Source: Diplonema papillatum
Lineage: Eukaryota
DNA length: 64,000 nucleotides
Assembly (NCBI GenBank): GCA_030068145.1
Contig: JAPJBO010000158.1
Span: forward strand, 245,818 to 309,817
Reading direction: 5' to 3'
The notes beneath the pieces were generated by a model. The model was not told the DNA's origin. It ran no database searches and worked only from the letters and a program-made list of their open reading frames with translations. Positions 51,161 to 62,009 of the stretch are shown here, piece by piece; the stretch's first letter is position 1, and each line of letters begins with the position of its first letter. Position numbers and translations under genes: made by a program.

Positions 51161-53875
51161 TCATGCAACGCAGAACGGGGTCCGGGGCGGCTGGATGCCC
51201 TGCCTGTATGGGTCCCGCGTCCAGACGTCTGCCAGTTGCTCAGCAGTCGGGACCCATACAGTCTCGAGGACACACTGGTGTTCCTCCAAGACGTCGCGGA
51301 CCTGGCACAGGATGAAGTTCCCGAGCTGGGTCTTCGACTTCCAGTTCCTCAAGCAGTTGACGGCGGGCAAGTTGTCGACGAAGATCCTGATCGTCGACAG
51401 CGGAGAGCGAGAAGCCGCGTACGCAATCGCGAACTTCGCCGCCGTCAGCTCAGCGAAGAAGATGTGCTGCGGGACATCCCTCCACGGGCCCCACATCGCC
51501 ATGGAACCCACCAGCCAGGCCCATCCCTGCATGCTGGCGTCGGACCACGCCTCCACGAGGGTGTCCCGTTGCTTCGAGTCGAAAACGACCCACCGGTTGC
51601 CCGACAGACGCCGTCTCACTCCCGCAAGGAACGGAAAAACGTCGTCGCTCACGCGGACCAGCGACTCCCAGCCCAGGGAACCGGTCAGGACCTGGTGCGC
51701 CAGGGTTCCCATCCACGCAAGCACCGGGCTCACCCTGCAGAGCGGCGTGCCCCACACCGTCCACGCCCAAATAGCGGTCCCGACGACCTTCCAAACGCCA
51801 CGCAAAGTCATCCGCGTCGAATCGACCGAGCAAAAGAGGAGGTGCGCCTTCCTCGCCCACTCTTGCTTCAGCCGGTATCTCTTCGCCGCGAGGTCGAACT
51901 CGACTCCCAAGACAACCGGCGTCGAGCTGGGCTCGAGGACGGACTTCTCGTCGTTGACCGTCATGCACACCTTGCGGGCGCGTCGCAGGACTCGGTCGCG
52001 CACAGCGCGAAGCGCGTCCGGACAGTCACCGACGAGGGCCCAGTCGTCGTACCAGACTATCCTATCGTCCCCGGCGGTTTCCGTGATGACCAGCGCAGAG
52101 TCCTGTGCGATCACGGGCGAGAACGACCAGCCCATCGTAAGCCGGCGCCACCGATACAGAGCCACGCCCCCGTCGGGCCTCCTGGTCCGGAGCCCGAAGA
52201 AAGCCGACGTCGACCGTCCCACTGGGAACTGGAAGAAGTAGGACTTCAGGTCGACGACGACTGCGTGCGACTTCGACATCATCTTGGCGATGACCTCGTC
52301 GACACGCAAGAGGCTGAACTTCGGCGGGGGCTCCATCAGCTCGTTCAGCGGGCGGCCATCGACGATGGCACGGGAGTGGTGCTCCCCCTTCTCGACAGCG
52401 AACGCCGGCAGTACGCACTTCAGCGGCTCCGAGCGGGGAACGCGTTCCACAAAGCCGACGCCCTCCAGCGTCACCGCATGGTGCGCAAACGCGTCGCTCT
52501 TCCGACCCGGCACGAGCGGCGTGCCCAGTAGCTTCCGTCGGAAAGCGTGTCCGTCCGTGAGGAGGTCGAGCAGGCTGTGCAACCGGGCTCCGGGCCTGGC
52601 GAGATCCCGGAGCGCACGGAGGTCGATCGGAGGTACCGCCGTGACGTCAAGCGGCTTCGCCGACCTCGGAGCACCGACCGCCGGGACGAGACCTCTGGTT
52701 TCCGGCGGAAGGTATCCGAGGGGGACTGTGGTGGGAGGGTCGTAAAAGTGTGGGTGAAGCCGTAGAAAAAGCCTCCTTCCCCTGAGCAACCTGGATCTCC
52801 GCGATTTCAGGCCCACGACCTGCCGAGGCAAAGAGCCGGCGTCGGGCATGGGGTGTTTCTGTCGCGTCGGGAAACGGCTGTCAAAGAGAGGCGGGTTGGC
52901 TAGTCCCGGGAGGCGCCCTGGAGCACCCGCTGTGCCGACTCCAGGGTCTTCAGGGTGTCGACGGCCGGGCCCTCGACGTAGTACCGGAAGACACTCTTCT
53001 TCCGGTGGCCCGTGACTGCCATCGCGTCGTCCTCGCTCATCGTCTCCCGCAACGCGGTGGCCGCGCCCCTCCGGAAGCTCTTCGTCGAGTAGGACTAGCA
53101 CTTGGTGGTACTCGAGGTCCGGGAACAGCAGGGAGTTCGGACCCGAGATCCCGTCGAGGTGCCGCAGGACGATGCGGGACAGAGGAGCGGCGACGAGTCC
53201 GTACCGCCCCTTGTCTGCCTGGCGCGACTTCTCCCTCCAAATGTCGACGAGGATGGTGGGGGACGGGCCGCGGCGGGACACCGTGAGGTCCCTCTTCCGC
53301 AGGCTCAGAACGGTTTCCGAGCGAGACGCCAGCGTCCACATCAAAGCCTGGGCGGCGGCCGTCGGGAGGTCCTTCTCCGCCTCTGCGGCCACCGCACGCA
53401 TGACGGCCTCCTTCGACGCCGCCACCCCTCGCTTCACCGGCAGCGCCACGGCCATTCTTCGGGCGCCCGTCAACAGCCGTTGCAACCACGGAAGGCGACG
53501 TTGCTGCACGGGCACCCCTTTCGACTCGAGGTGGGCTTGCAGCAGACCGACGTACCTGCCGACCGTCGAGCCGGAAACCTGACGCACGGTGATGAGCCAA
53601 GCCCCCCAGGCAGCGATCTGGTCTGCCAGGCTCTTCGGCGGTGACGGCACCGAGTCCAGAAACAGCTGGAAGCTCGTTAGCACCGTCCGGGTGGCGGTGG
53701 AGTGATGGCGACCGCGCCCGAGCTGCGCGATGTACTGCGCCATCTGGAGGGGGTCGTCGGAGTTCACCCCCGTCTGTCGTGCGGTCTTGACCAAGGCCTT
53801 CGCCTGATCGCTCGCGGTGCCGCTCTCCCACAGACGAGTGTCGAGGAGCCGCCTCGCTCTCGCCGGGTCCATCAA
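51161..53875 (-). CDS. pol ORF of the YR retroelement: tyrosine-recombinase N-terminal half, then RT, then RNase H
   Basis: YR-like: ...SGSTVGRYVGLLQAHL...AAQALMWTLASRSETVLSLRKRDLTVS..ILVDIWREKSRQADKGRYGL...LLFPDL, which shows the Cre-like box I Arg and the K-beta region. RT: VVVDLKSYFFQFPV, YRWRRLTMGWSFSPVIAQ, VWYDDWALVG. RNase H: EAWSDASMQGWAW, FFAELTAAKFAI, VDNLPAVNCL, VWVPTAEQLADVWTR. The YR C-terminal half (HxxR...Y) was not found in frame, so it may be degenerate or frameshifted. Confidence 0.7.
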   Translation of the reverse strand: MMDPARARRLLDTRLWESGTASDQAKALVKTARQTGVNSDDPLQMAQYIAQLGRGRHHSTATRTVLTSFQLFLDSVPSPPKSLADQIAAWGAWLITVRQVSGSTVGRYVGLLQAHLESKGVPVQQRRLPWLQRLLTGARRMAVALPVKRGVAASKEAVMRAVAAEAEKDLPTAAAQALMWTLASRSETVLSLRKRDLTVSRRGPSPTILVDIWREKSRQADKGRYGLVAAPLSRIVLRHLDGISGPNSLLFPDLEYHQVLVLLDEELPEGRGHRVAGDDERGRRDGSHGPPEEECLPVLRRGPGRRHPEDPGVGTAGAPGRLPGLANPPLFDSRFPTRQKHPMPDAGSLPRQVVGLKSRRSRLLRGRRLFLRLHPHFYDPPTTVPLGYLPPETRGLVPAVGAPRSAKPLDVTAVPPIDLRALRDLARPGARLHSLLDLLTDGHAFRRKLLGTPLVPGRKSDAFAHHAVTLEGVGFVERVPRSEPLKCVLPAFAVEKGEHHSRAIVDGRPLNELMEPPPKFSLLRVDEVIAKMMSKSHAVVVDLKSYFFQFPVGRSTSAFFGLRTRRPDGGVALYRWRRLTMGWSFSPVIAQDSALVITETAGDDRIVWYDDWALVGDCPDALRAVRDRVLRRARKVCMTVNDEKSVLEPSSTPVVLGVEFDLAAKRYRLKQEWARKAHLLFCSVDSTRMTLRGVWKVVGTAIWAWTVWGTPLCRVSPVLAWMGTLAHQVLTGSLGWESLVRVSDDVFPFLAGVRRRLSGNRWVVFDSKQRDTLVEAWSDASMQGWAWLVGSMAMWGPWRDVPQHIFFAELTAAKFAIAYAASRSPLSTIRIFVDNLPAVNCLRNWKSKTQLGNFILCQVRDVLEEHQCVLETVWVPTAEQLADVWTRDPYRQGIQPPRTPFCVA

Positions 53876-53926
53876 GGTCTTCGGCCTGGGGGGACCAAAT
53901 CCCAGCCGACTGTTCCACGCCCAACT

Positions 53927-54700
53927 TCATTTGCGGCCCCGGCCGCCCTTGCCCCCCTTTCCCGACGGGGAGCGGGAGCGGGCCGAAGCCCCGGAAGAGC
54001 CCCGACTGGGGGCGCTCCGTTGGCCGCGCGGTTCGTGGGCGTTCCAGCCTCCGCCCCACCCTCGGGCGTGGCTGTTGGCCGCCTTCTCCGCTTTCTCCCA
54101 GTCGGGGTCCTGCTTGCGGCCCCGCATGGTGCGGGCGAACTCGCTCCCCCATCGGGGTCCTCGCCGCGCTCTCCCGTCCAGCTCACGGAGGCGGGTGCCC
54201 ACTTCGAATACGGCGGCCTCGAGGTCGCCCTTCAGCAACTTGCCCAACAGGGCAAGGAGGCTCTTCGCCTCGTGTCCCATGCTGCCTCTCAGCAGCTCTT
54301 CGTGCTCGACCTTCAGTCGAGCCACGAGAAGTTCACGGGCCACCGGGCCCGTCTGACCGAAGTCCAGCCACTTCTTTGGCTGGAGCACGAGCTCGTCGAG
54401 CTCGTCGAGGCCTTCGGCCCCGTCGTCGTCGCTCCCCTCCGATGGGGGCGACACGACGGTCGCCCTCGCCGGCCTCCTCGCCTGGCCTGCCTCGAGCCCG
54501 GCGACTCTCGAGTTGAGCCGCCGGAGCTCCTTTAACACGGCCGCCAGGCCGGGCTCTACCCCCTCGGTGTGTTCTTCTTCTTCTTCTTTCTCCTCTCTTT
54601 CCTCCTCTTCCTCATCTCGTTGCCTTTTCTTGCATGCTTTTTGATGCCCGGTAAGACCTTTCGCATCGAAGGTTCCTCCACAGTGTTCGCAATCAGGCAT
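53927..54700 (-). CDS. gag-like ORF1 of the YR retroelement with C2HC zinc knuckle
   Basis: MPDCEHCGGTFDAKGLTGHQKAC (CX2C...HX4C) is followed by an acidic, coiled-coil-like region. It ends 50 nt upstream of the pol ORF. Confidence 0.55.
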   Translation of the reverse strand: MPDCEHCGGTFDAKGLTGHQKACKKRQRDEEEEEREEKEEEEEHTEGVEPGLAAVLKELRRLNSRVAGLEAGQARRPARATVVSPPSEGSDDDGAEGLDELDELVLQPKKWLDFGQTGPVARELLVARLKVEHEELLRGSMGHEAKSLLALLGKLLKGDLEAAVFEVGTRLRELDGRARRGPRWGSEFARTMRGRKQDPDWEKAEKAANSHARGWGGGWNAHEPRGQRSAPSRGSSGASARSRSPSGKGGKGGRGRK

Positions 54701-54880
54701 TGGGAAGAGGGGGTGTGAGTTGTGTATGGAATAAAAAGAGAATGGAAATAAAATGAAAGCGAGAATGTGGGGTAAGCCCTGGTTATTAGATTCACGGTTA
54801 AACGAAGCTAGCGCACAATGTTTGCCTGATCTCGCACCTACTTTCCGATACCAAATAGATGCTCTATTCAAACTCTCTCT

Positions 54881-55600
54881 CAAGCATCGACGCCATCACC
54901 ATCATTCAGCAAGATGGAGACAGTCTGCGCCAGGAGACCGCTGAAGTGATGCCGTACCTGAGTATCCGCAGGACATACCCTTCGTACAGTCAGGCTGAAC
55001 TTTCCCATCAAGACGCTGGCCCCCGCCATAGGCTGCGTAGACGAGAAGAAGAGGGCACGCGGCGCAGCAAGACGACGAACTCCCGCGAGCCGGACTTGCC
55101 TGCCCGGCGGATACCACGGGCTGGGATACCACGGTGGGATACCACGGGCTGGGATACCACGGTGGGATACCACGGGCTGGGATACCACGGGCTGGGATAC
55201 CACGGGCTGGGGTACCACGGGTGGGATACCACGGGTGGGATACCACGGGCTGGGATACCACGGGCTGGGATACCACGGGTGGGATACCACGGGCTGGGAT
55301 ACCGCAGGCTGGGATACCACGGGTGGGATACCACGTGCTGGGATACCAAGGGCTGGGATACCACGGGTGGATACCACGGGCTGGGATACCACGGGCTGGG
55401 ATACCACGGGCTGGGATACCACGGGCTGGGATACCACCATGGGCTGTACCCACGGCGCCGTCGCCCACCGTGCCGAAGCCGTTCGCCGCTACACGCCTAC
55501 GACGGGACGACTTGCGACCAATTGTAGTACGTGAGGAAGTGAGAGACCGGCACCATCCTGAAGAGATGGTCACTGCACTCTCTCTCTTTCTCATTCCTTT
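54881..55600 (+). mobile_element. Diverged 3' fragment of the (CT)n-tailed LINE family containing an expanded 10 bp minisatellite
   Basis: ...TTTCCCATCAAGACGCTGGCCCCCGCCATAGGCTGCGTAGACGAGAAGAAGAGGGCACGCGGCGC... aligns to 50530-50640 of the longer copy. The tail ...GAAGAGATGGTCACTGCACTCTCTCTCTTTCTC lies at 55560-55590. Confidence 0.6.
55105..55440. repeat. 10 bp minisatellite (GGGATACCAC / GGGCTGGGATACCAC)n, about 33 units
   Basis: Seen in sequence. It produces the repetitive ORFs 54859-55527 (+) and 54880-55594 (-). Confidence 0.9.
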
Positions 55601-55785
55601 TAAACGTGCTGTTACTACAGCGAATAGTTGTCCAGACCTCTTGAGTTCGTGCTGCTCGAGGCGGAGAACCTAACGTAACCCAAAGCAGGACCGACCCCCC
55701 GCCCCCTTCCGCCAGAAAAAGCGAAGAATAAACACAGAACACACGAGACCCTTTAGCTAAAGGATCACATGTAAAGCCGCGTACG

Positions 55786-58257
55786 ATGCGGTTCGTCGGC
55801 CGACTTGTCAACTGTTCGCTGCGCGACACGGATGACGAAATCACGGTGATTCGGAAGCGGGTCGTGCTCCTGACGCTGTTGCTCACGGCGGTTATCTGCG
55901 TGACCGCGTCGCTTTTGCAGATGAACGTGCTGCTGCAGTTCCCGGGATGCGCGCCCCTCGTCGTGGGTTTCATGGCCGCCGGGTGCTTCGTGTACATACT
56001 GCTGACGCGGTCGGGGACTCAGGCGGAAGTGCAAGCCATTCTGATCGGGCTGAACGTCGGAATCCTCCTGCTCGATTGGAACGCGGAGGTGAACTACGGC
56101 GTCCGGTTCTGGCCGATTTTCGTGGTTGTGGCCGACTTGCAAATAATATGCAGACTCGACTGGCGCATGATTGTCGGCAGCACGGTAGGGGTCGTCTGTT
56201 GGATCCTCGTCACGTCGTTGGAGGACTTCACCCGATTCGGACTGTGGGACGTGTCGGCTGACGACAGCTTGTACGACGCGAGAAGAGACGCGGTGCTTAG
56301 TTGCTCGAAGCCTCCTTGCTCAAGCAGTGTGCTCTCGTCGGTGTATACGTGCTTCAGTTCCGTGCTCGTCATTGTGGTCAACCTCCTCGTCACGAAGTCG
56401 CTCGCTGAAAAAGTCAGCGAAAGCGAGGCCATCGTGAAGAACGCAGGGCGCAAGGCAGACTTGGTCGCCCGAGCGCTGGGCATGTTCGACATGGAGCTCG
56501 CGCGGGACCACCTCGAGACCACCCGCGCCTACTCCCTCCCAACGCAGCTGCGCGTCGCGTTGACGAGAATCGTGAGCATCGTGCTGGCGATCAAGCCGTT
56601 CATCCCTTCGGCCGTCATCGAAGAGTGCATGGGCGCGTCTCGCATCGACTTCCACCAACCGAGACTGGAGGACATGCCGGCGACCTGGACGTCGACGTGC
56701 ACCTCGTCCCTTGGGCCGCCTGCTACGCACGACACGCCGGAGGCGTGCATCGTCTTCACCGACATCTTGGCCTCGACGAAAACGTGGGAAGCGGTCCCAG
56801 ACGCGATGCGAAAGGCGTTGAGGCTGCACAACCACGCGATACGCGGCGCGATAGAGGAGTGGTTCGGCTACGAGGTGAAGACGATAGGCGATTCGTTCAT
56901 GGTCGCGTTCGACGACCTGTCGTCCGGCATCAACTTCGGACTCACAGTGCAAGAAGACCTGTTCACTCTGGAGTGGCCGGCGAGCTTGCTAGGAGTCGCG
57001 CAGTGTGCGAGGAGCATCGACGGAGACTGGAATGGGCTGCGGGTCCGCGTTGGTGTCAACTTCGGCGAAGTTGTTGCGGAGCAGAACCCGTTGACGCAGC
57101 GGTTCGACTACTTCGGGCACACCGTCAACAAAGCCGCCAGGCTCGAGGCCAACGGCATTCCGGGGTTCGTTTGCCTGCCCAGCGACCTGTTCGCGGGTGT
57201 TCTGCCGCACTGCCTCAAACCGCACTACGTGGCCCGCAAGCAGTGCCTGACCTTCAAGGGCGTCCAGGGCGTGACGGAAGTCGCGTCGCTGCAGTCGACG
57301 GCCCTGTCGAAGAGGCGGCCTGCCGACGCTCTACCGGAATCCCTGCGAATGCCGTCGGGCAACGTCGCGGGGCCCCCCGAAGCGGCCACGCAGCCGCCGC
57401 CGCCGCCGCCACCGCCGCCGCCGCAGCAACACGTGAATCCGTTCCTCACCGCGTTGGACCCCGCGAAAAAGAAGTTGTCGGCGGTTTCGTGGCCGAGTGC
57501 GTTGGGCGACGCGGAAGTTGGCTCGGCGAGGAACGGCACCGCCGCGGCGCAGCCGGGGCAGGCCAGGATCCTGGGCAGCCTTAGTGCGGTCAGCTTCGCG
57601 CCGGAAGCAGAAGACGGAGCGGATACCTCAAGCCACGACGGTGCGCCGACGCCGGCCGAGCAACAGCCGCGCGGGGCGCGCCGCCCCATGCACCCGCCCG
57701 AACGGCTCAGCCTGGTGCTGGCCGACGACGGCAGCCCCGCGGCGGCGGCGGCGGCGAAAAGCGAGGCGGCGGCGCCCCACGGCGCCGCGCTGCCGGCCGA
57801 CCTGCAGTCGACGCCGCTCCGCGCCAAGGGAACCGGAGGAAGCCCGGCCGCGGCGGTGTCCAGCCATTTTGGCGTCGTTTCGCCGCTCACGACCCTCAGC
57901 TCGTCCGAGAGAGACACCGGCTACAACTTCGCGCAGCAGATCATCCAGCAGATGCAGAGGAGGGCCTCTCCCGCGGAATCAAGCTCCAATTCGTGCTCGT
58001 CGGGATCGGAGGCCAGCGTGAGCGTCATCCGCAAGCGTTTAAACATCAACCCGCTTCGCACCATAGCGCTTAGTCGCAAAGGGCTGATGCAGCACAGCTT
58101 CAGCACGTCGTTCCTCCTCCGAAAGAGCGCCGGTAGCTTCCGCTGCCAAGGCGAGGCTAAAGACGCGGTGTCTACTGCTGCGAGAAGTGACATGGTTTGG
58201 CTTCGCCCCCTTTTTGTCGCCCCAGCGACATGCGATACAGTGTATTGTGAACGCTAA
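55786..58257 (+). CDS. Class III adenylyl/guanylyl cyclase: N-terminal polytopic membrane region, catalytic cyclase-homology domain (CHD), low-complexity Ala/Pro/Ser-rich tail
   Basis: Hydrophobic segments span residues about 20-210. CHD: ACIVFTDILASTKTWEAVPDAMRKALRLHNHAIRGAIEEWFGYEVKTIGDSFMVAF...LRVRVGVNFGEVVAEQNP..QRFDYFGHTVNKAARLEANGIPGFVCLPSD...TFKGVQGV carries the canonical F.DI..(S/F)T...KTIGD..M...RiGi..G.v..GvvG....Y...G..VN.AaR.E motifs. The antisense ORFs 56320-56952 and 57225-57917 are artefacts. Confidence 0.85.
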   Translation: MRFVGRLVNCSLRDTDDEITVIRKRVVLLTLLLTAVICVTASLLQMNVLLQFPGCAPLVVGFMAAGCFVYILLTRSGTQAEVQAILIGLNVGILLLDWNAEVNYGVRFWPIFVVVADLQIICRLDWRMIVGSTVGVVCWILVTSLEDFTRFGLWDVSADDSLYDARRDAVLSCSKPPCSSSVLSSVYTCFSSVLVIVVNLLVTKSLAEKVSESEAIVKNAGRKADLVARALGMFDMELARDHLETTRAYSLPTQLRVALTRIVSIVLAIKPFIPSAVIEECMGASRIDFHQPRLEDMPATWTSTCTSSLGPPATHDTPEACIVFTDILASTKTWEAVPDAMRKALRLHNHAIRGAIEEWFGYEVKTIGDSFMVAFDDLSSGINFGLTVQEDLFTLEWPASLLGVAQCARSIDGDWNGLRVRVGVNFGEVVAEQNPLTQRFDYFGHTVNKAARLEANGIPGFVCLPSDLFAGVLPHCLKPHYVARKQCLTFKGVQGVTEVASLQSTALSKRRPADALPESLRMPSGNVAGPPEAATQPPPPPPPPPPQQHVNPFLTALDPAKKKLSAVSWPSALGDAEVGSARNGTAAAQPGQARILGSLSAVSFAPEAEDGADTSSHDGAPTPAEQQPRGARRPMHPPERLSLVLADDGSPAAAAAAKSEAAAPHGAALPADLQSTPLRAKGTGGSPAAAVSSHFGVVSPLTTLSSSERDTGYNFAQQIIQQMQRRASPAESSSNSCSSGSEASVSVIRKRLNINPLRTIALSRKGLMQHSFSTSFLLRKSAGSFRCQGEAKDAVSTAARSDMVWLRPLFVAPATCDTVYCER

Positions 58258-58391
58258 AAAAGACGTAGACACGCGCGTTTCAGTGGTTCATCCGAACTCC
58301 CAACCTGAAAACGAGACAGGGTAAAAACAAGCGGAGAACGAACAACTGGCACGCACAAACAAAACGAAGCGCCTAAAAGTGTCCAACTGAA

Positions 58392-61300
58392 GAACACCCA
58401 GTGAGGAACACCCAGTGAGGAACACCCAGTGAGGAACACCAAGTGAGGAACACCCAGTGAGGAACACCCAGTGAGGAACACCCAGTGAGGAACACCCAGT
58501 GAGGAACACCCAGTGAGGAACACCCAGTGAGGAACACCCAGTGAGGAACACCCAGTGAGGAACACCCAGTGAGGAACACCCAGTGAGGAACACCCAGTGA
58601 GGAACACCCAGTGAGGAACACCCAGTGAGGAACACCCAGTGAGGAACACCCAGTGAGGAACACCCAGTGAGGAACACCCAGTGAGGAACACCCAGTGAGG
58701 AACACCCAGTGAGGAACACCCAGTGAGGAACACCCAGTGAGGAACACCCAGTGAGGAACACCCAGTGAGGAACACCCAGTGAGGAACACCCAGTGAGGAA
58801 CACCCAGTGAGGAACACCAAGTGAGGAACACCCAGTGAGGAACACCCAGTGAGGAACACCCAGTGAGGAACACCCAGTGAGGAACACCCAGTGAGGAACA
58901 CCCAGTGAGGAACACCAAGTGAGGAACACCCAGTGAGGAACACCAAGTGAGGAACACCCAGTGAGGAACACCCAGTGAGGAACACCCAGTGAGGAACACC
59001 CAGTGAGGAACACCCAGTGAGGAACACCCAGTGAGGAACACCCAGTGAGGAACACCCAGTGAGGAACACCCAGTGAGGAACACCCAGTGAGGAACACCCA
59101 GTGAGGAACACCCAGTGAGGAACACCCAGTGAGGAACACCCAGTGAGGAACACCCAGTGAGGAACACCCAGTGAGGAACACCCAGTGAGGAACACCCAGT
59201 GAGGAACACCCAGTGAGGAACACCCAGTGAGGAACACCCAGTGAGGAACACCCAGTGAGGAACACCCAGTGAGGAACACCCAGTGAGGAACACCCAGTGA
59301 GGAACACCCAGTGAGGAACACCCAGTGAGGAACACCCAGTGAGGAACACCCAGTGAGGAACACCCAGTGAGGAACACCCAGTGAGGAACACCCAGTGAGG
59401 AACACCCAGTGAGGAACACCCAGTGAGGAACACCCAGTGAGGAACACCCAGTGAGGAACACCCAGTGAGGAACACCCAGTGAGGAACACCCAGTGAGGAA
59501 CACCCAGTGAGGAACACCCAGTGAGGAACACCCAGTGAGGAACACCCAGTGAGGAACACCAAGTGAGGAACACCCAGTGAGGAACACCAAGTGAGGAACA
59601 CCCAGTGAGGAACACCCAGTGAGGAACACCCAGTGAGGAACACCCAGTGAGGAACACCCAGTGAGGAACACCCAGTGAGGAACACCCAGTGAGGAACACC
59701 CAGTGAGGAACACCCAGTGAGGAACACCCAGTGAGGAACACCCAGTGAGGAACACCCAGTGAGGAACACCCAGTGAGGAACACCCAGTGAGGAACACCCA
59801 GTGAGGAACACCCAGTGAGGAACACCCAGTGAGGAACACCCAGTGAGGAACACCAAGTGAGGAACACCCAGTGAGGAACACCCAGTGAGGAACACCCAGT
59901 GAGGAACACCAAGTGAGGAACACCCAGTGAGGAACACCCAGTGAGGAACACCCAGTGAGGAACACCCAGTGAGGAACACCCAGTGAGGAACACCCAGTGA
60001 GGAACACCCAGTGAGGAACACCCAGTGAGGAACACCCAGTGAGGAACACCCAGTGAGGAACACCCAGTGAGGAACACCCAGTGAGGAACACCCAGTGAGG
60101 AACACCCAGTGAGGAACACCCAGTGAGGAACACCCAGTGAGGAACACCCAGTGAGGAACACCCAGTGAGGAACACCCAGTGAGGAACACCCAGTGAGGAA
60201 CACCCAGTGAGGAACACCCAGTGAGGAACACCCAGTGAGGAACACCCAGTGAGGAACACCCAGTGAGGAACACCCAGTGAGGAACACCCAGTGAGGAACA
60301 CCCAGTGAGGAACACCCAGTGAGGAACACCCAGTGAGGAACACCCAGTGAGGAACACCCAGTGAGGAACACCCAGTGAGGAACACCCAGTGAGGAACACC
60401 CAGTGAGGAACACCCAGTGAGGAACACCCAGTGAGGAACACCCAGTGAGGAACACCCAGTGAGGAACACCCAGTGAGGAACACCCAGTGAGGAACACCCA
60501 GTGAGGAACACCCAGTGAGGAACACCCAGTGAGGAACACCCAGTGAGGAACACCCAGTGAGGAACACCCAGTGAGGAACACCCAGTGAGGAACACCCAGT
60601 GAGGAACACCCAGTGAGGAACACCCAGTGAGGAACACCCAGTGAGGAACACCCAGTGAGGAACACCCAGTGAGGAACACCCAGTGAGGAACACCCAGTGA
60701 GGAACACCCAGTGAGGAACACCCAGTGAGGAACACCCAGTGAGGAACACCCAGTGAGGAACACCCAGTGAGGAACACCCAGTGAGGAACACCCAGTGAGG
60801 AACACCCAGTGAGGAACACCCAGTGAGGAACACCCAGTGAGGAACACCCAGTGAGGAACACCCAGTGAGGAACACCCAGTGAGGAACACCCAGTGAGGAA
60901 CACCCAGTGAGGAACACCCAGTGAGGAACACCCAGTGAGGAACACCCAGTGAGGAACACCCAGTGAGGAACACCCAGTGAGGAACACCCAGTGAGGAACA
61001 CCCAGTGAGGAACACCCAGTGAGGAACACCCAGTGAGGAACACCCAGTGAGGAACACCCAGTGAGGAACACCCAGTGAGGAACACCCAGTGAGGAACACC
61101 AAGTGAGGAACACCCAGTGAGGAACACCCAGTGAGGAACACCCAGTGAGGAACACCCAGTGAGGAACACCCAGTGAGGAACACCCAGTGAGGAACACCCA
61201 GTGAGGAACACCCAGTGAGGAACACCCAGTGAGGAACACCCAGTGAGGAACACCCAGTGAGGAACACCCAGTGAGGAACACCCAGTGAGGAACACCCAGT

Positions 61301-61912
61301 GAGGAACACCCAGTGAGGAACACCCAGTGAGGAACACCCAGTGAGGAACACCCAGTGAGGAACACCCAGTGAGGAACACCCAGTGAGGAACACCCAGTGA
61401 GGAACACCCAGTGAGGAACACCCAGTGAGGAACACCCAGTGAGGAACACCCAGTGAGGAACACCCAGTGAGGAACACCAAGTGAGGAACACCCAGTGAGG
61501 AACACCCAGTGAGGAACACCCAGTGAGGAACACCCAGTGAGGAACACCCAGTGAGGAACACCAAGTGAGGAACACCCAGTGAGGAACACCCAGTGAGGAA
61601 CACCCAGTGAGGAACACCCAGTGAGGAACACCCAGTGAGGAACACCCAGTGAGGAACACCCAGTGAGGAACACCCAGTGAGGAACACCCAGTGAGGAACA
61701 CCCAGTGAGGAACACCCAGTGAGGAACACCAAGTGAGGAACACCCAGTGAGGAACACCCAGTGAGGAACACCCAGTGAGGAACACCCAGTGAGGAACACC
61801 CAGTGAGGAACACCCAGTGAGGAACACCCAGTGAGGAACACCCAGTGAGGAACACCAAGTGAGGAACACCCAGTGAGGAACACCCAGTGAGGAACACCAA
61901 GTGAAAAACACC
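58392..61912. repeat. Satellite DNA: 14 bp unit CACCCAGTGAGGAA x about 250, with sporadic CACCAAGTGAGGAA variants
   Basis: Perfect periodicity over 3.5 kb. The three about 1200-aa minus-strand ORFs here are pure repeat artefacts. No spacers, so not CRISPR-like. Confidence 0.97.
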
Positions 61913-62009
61913 AATTGAATTTGCGAATTCGGAAGAGAGGTCAGTCCCGCAAAGAAGTAGACGCGACCTGACTTAGCTCCTTCACCAACAGGTCACAACG
62001 GCGTGCATC

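Larger units (their letters stand above)
50826..54880 (-). mobile_element. Tyrosine-recombinase retroelement (DIRS/VIPER-like), order gag, YR, RT, RNase H, with about 150 bp direct terminal repeats
   Basis: Terminal repeat GGTGAAATGAAAGCGAGAATGTGGGGTAAGCCCTGGTTATTAGATTCACGGTTAAACGAAGCTAGCGCACAA.GTTTGCCTGATCTCGCACCTACTTTCCGATACCAAATAGATGCTCTATTCAAACTC lies at 50826-50975 and 54737-54880, same orientation. An extra partial copy at 51009-51070 makes a split-repeat arrangement. Confidence 0.75.

Noticed and set aside
51236-54535. + strand ORFs (431 aa, 277 aa, 180 aa) overlapping the YR retroelement
   Set aside because: Antisense to the gag/pol frames with arginine-rich low-complexity translations. 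No motifs.
54859-55594. ORFs full of GYHGLGYHG / VVSQPVVSQP repeats
   Set aside because: Translation of the 10 bp GGGATACCAC minisatellite in both strands. Not coding.
58392-61912. Possible CRISPR array
   Set aside because: There is no alternation of repeats with unique spacers. It is a perfect 14 bp tandem satellite in a eukaryotic, intron-containing genome.
58254-61914. Three about 1200-aa ORFs (minus strand, all frames) encoding VPHWVFLTGCSSLG repeats
   Set aside because: They are purely the 14 bp satellite read in three frames (14 is not a multiple of 3), and there is no start or stop context. Not a gene.
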